NCBI GenBank assembly: GCA_030390025.1 | Contig: CM059432.1 | Span: 133,674,001-133,738,000, forward strand | DNA length: 64,000 nt | Direction: 5' to 3' | Source of the DNA: Squalus acanthias | Taxonomy: Eukaryota | Part shown: positions 63,635 through 64,000 of the stretch, piece by piece | How positions within the stretch are numbered: position 1 is the first letter of the stretch | Layout of the letters: every line of letters begins with the position of its first letter | The notes under the pieces: model-generated | Database searches by the model: none | Told to the model about the DNA's origin: nothing | Seen by the model: the letters and a program-made list of their open reading frames with translations, nothing else | Position numbers and translations under genes: made by a program

Positions 63635-64000
63635 CATGCATTTACTCCCTGACCTACATTGGCTCCTGGTCCGGCAATGCCTTGATTTTAAAATTCTTAT
63701 CCTTGTCTTCAAACCCCTCCATGGCCTCGCTTCTCCCCATCTCTGTAACCTCCTCCAGCCCTACAACCCTCCGAGATCTCCGCATTCCTCCAATTCTAGT
63801 CTCTTGCACATCCCCGATTTCCATCGCTCCACCATTGGTGACTGTGCCTTCAGCTGCCTAGGTCCTAAGCTCTAGAATTCCCCCTAAACCTCTCCGCCTT
63901 TCTCCTCCTCTTTTAAAGCGCTCCTTAAAACCTACATCCACCTGTCCTAGTCTCTCTTTATGAGGCTCAGTGTTTTGTTTGATAACGTTCCTATGGAGTG
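63635..64000 (+). mobile_element. L2-like LINE 3' fragment
   Basis: Reads LPDLHWLLV...FKILILVFK...AFSCLGPKL. Confidence 0.85.

Overview
Eukaryotic (vertebrate) genomic DNA. The repeat complement (HE1-type V-SINE, SacSINE/DeuSINE-type SINEs, CR1 and L2 LINEs, Penelope-like elements, PIF/Harbinger elements) points to a cartilaginous fish, probably a shark. The window lies inside a large minus-strand gene that I recognise from memory as OFCC1/ojoplano. It has four well-supported coding exons (46297-46559, 34205-34436, 9621-9709, 1602-1726) and one candidate exon (16732-16821). The 46.3-46.6 kb exon is 263 nt and appears to carry a 1-nt deletion frameshift. Much of the intronic sequence is transposon-derived, including a nested stack at 23.2-33.5 kb built around a near-full-length CR1 whose 5' end is a 17-unit tandem array. 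The most notable non-coding signals are minimal hammerhead-ribozyme cores in two families of small TSD-flanked Penelope-type inserts, a locally templated 22-bp inverted capture flanking an exon, a ~150-bp inverted duplication, and TE-poor blocks that may be conserved enhancers. All family and gene assignments come from reading the sequence and recalled motifs, not from database searches. Repeat boundaries are approximate unless a TSD or TIR is quoted.
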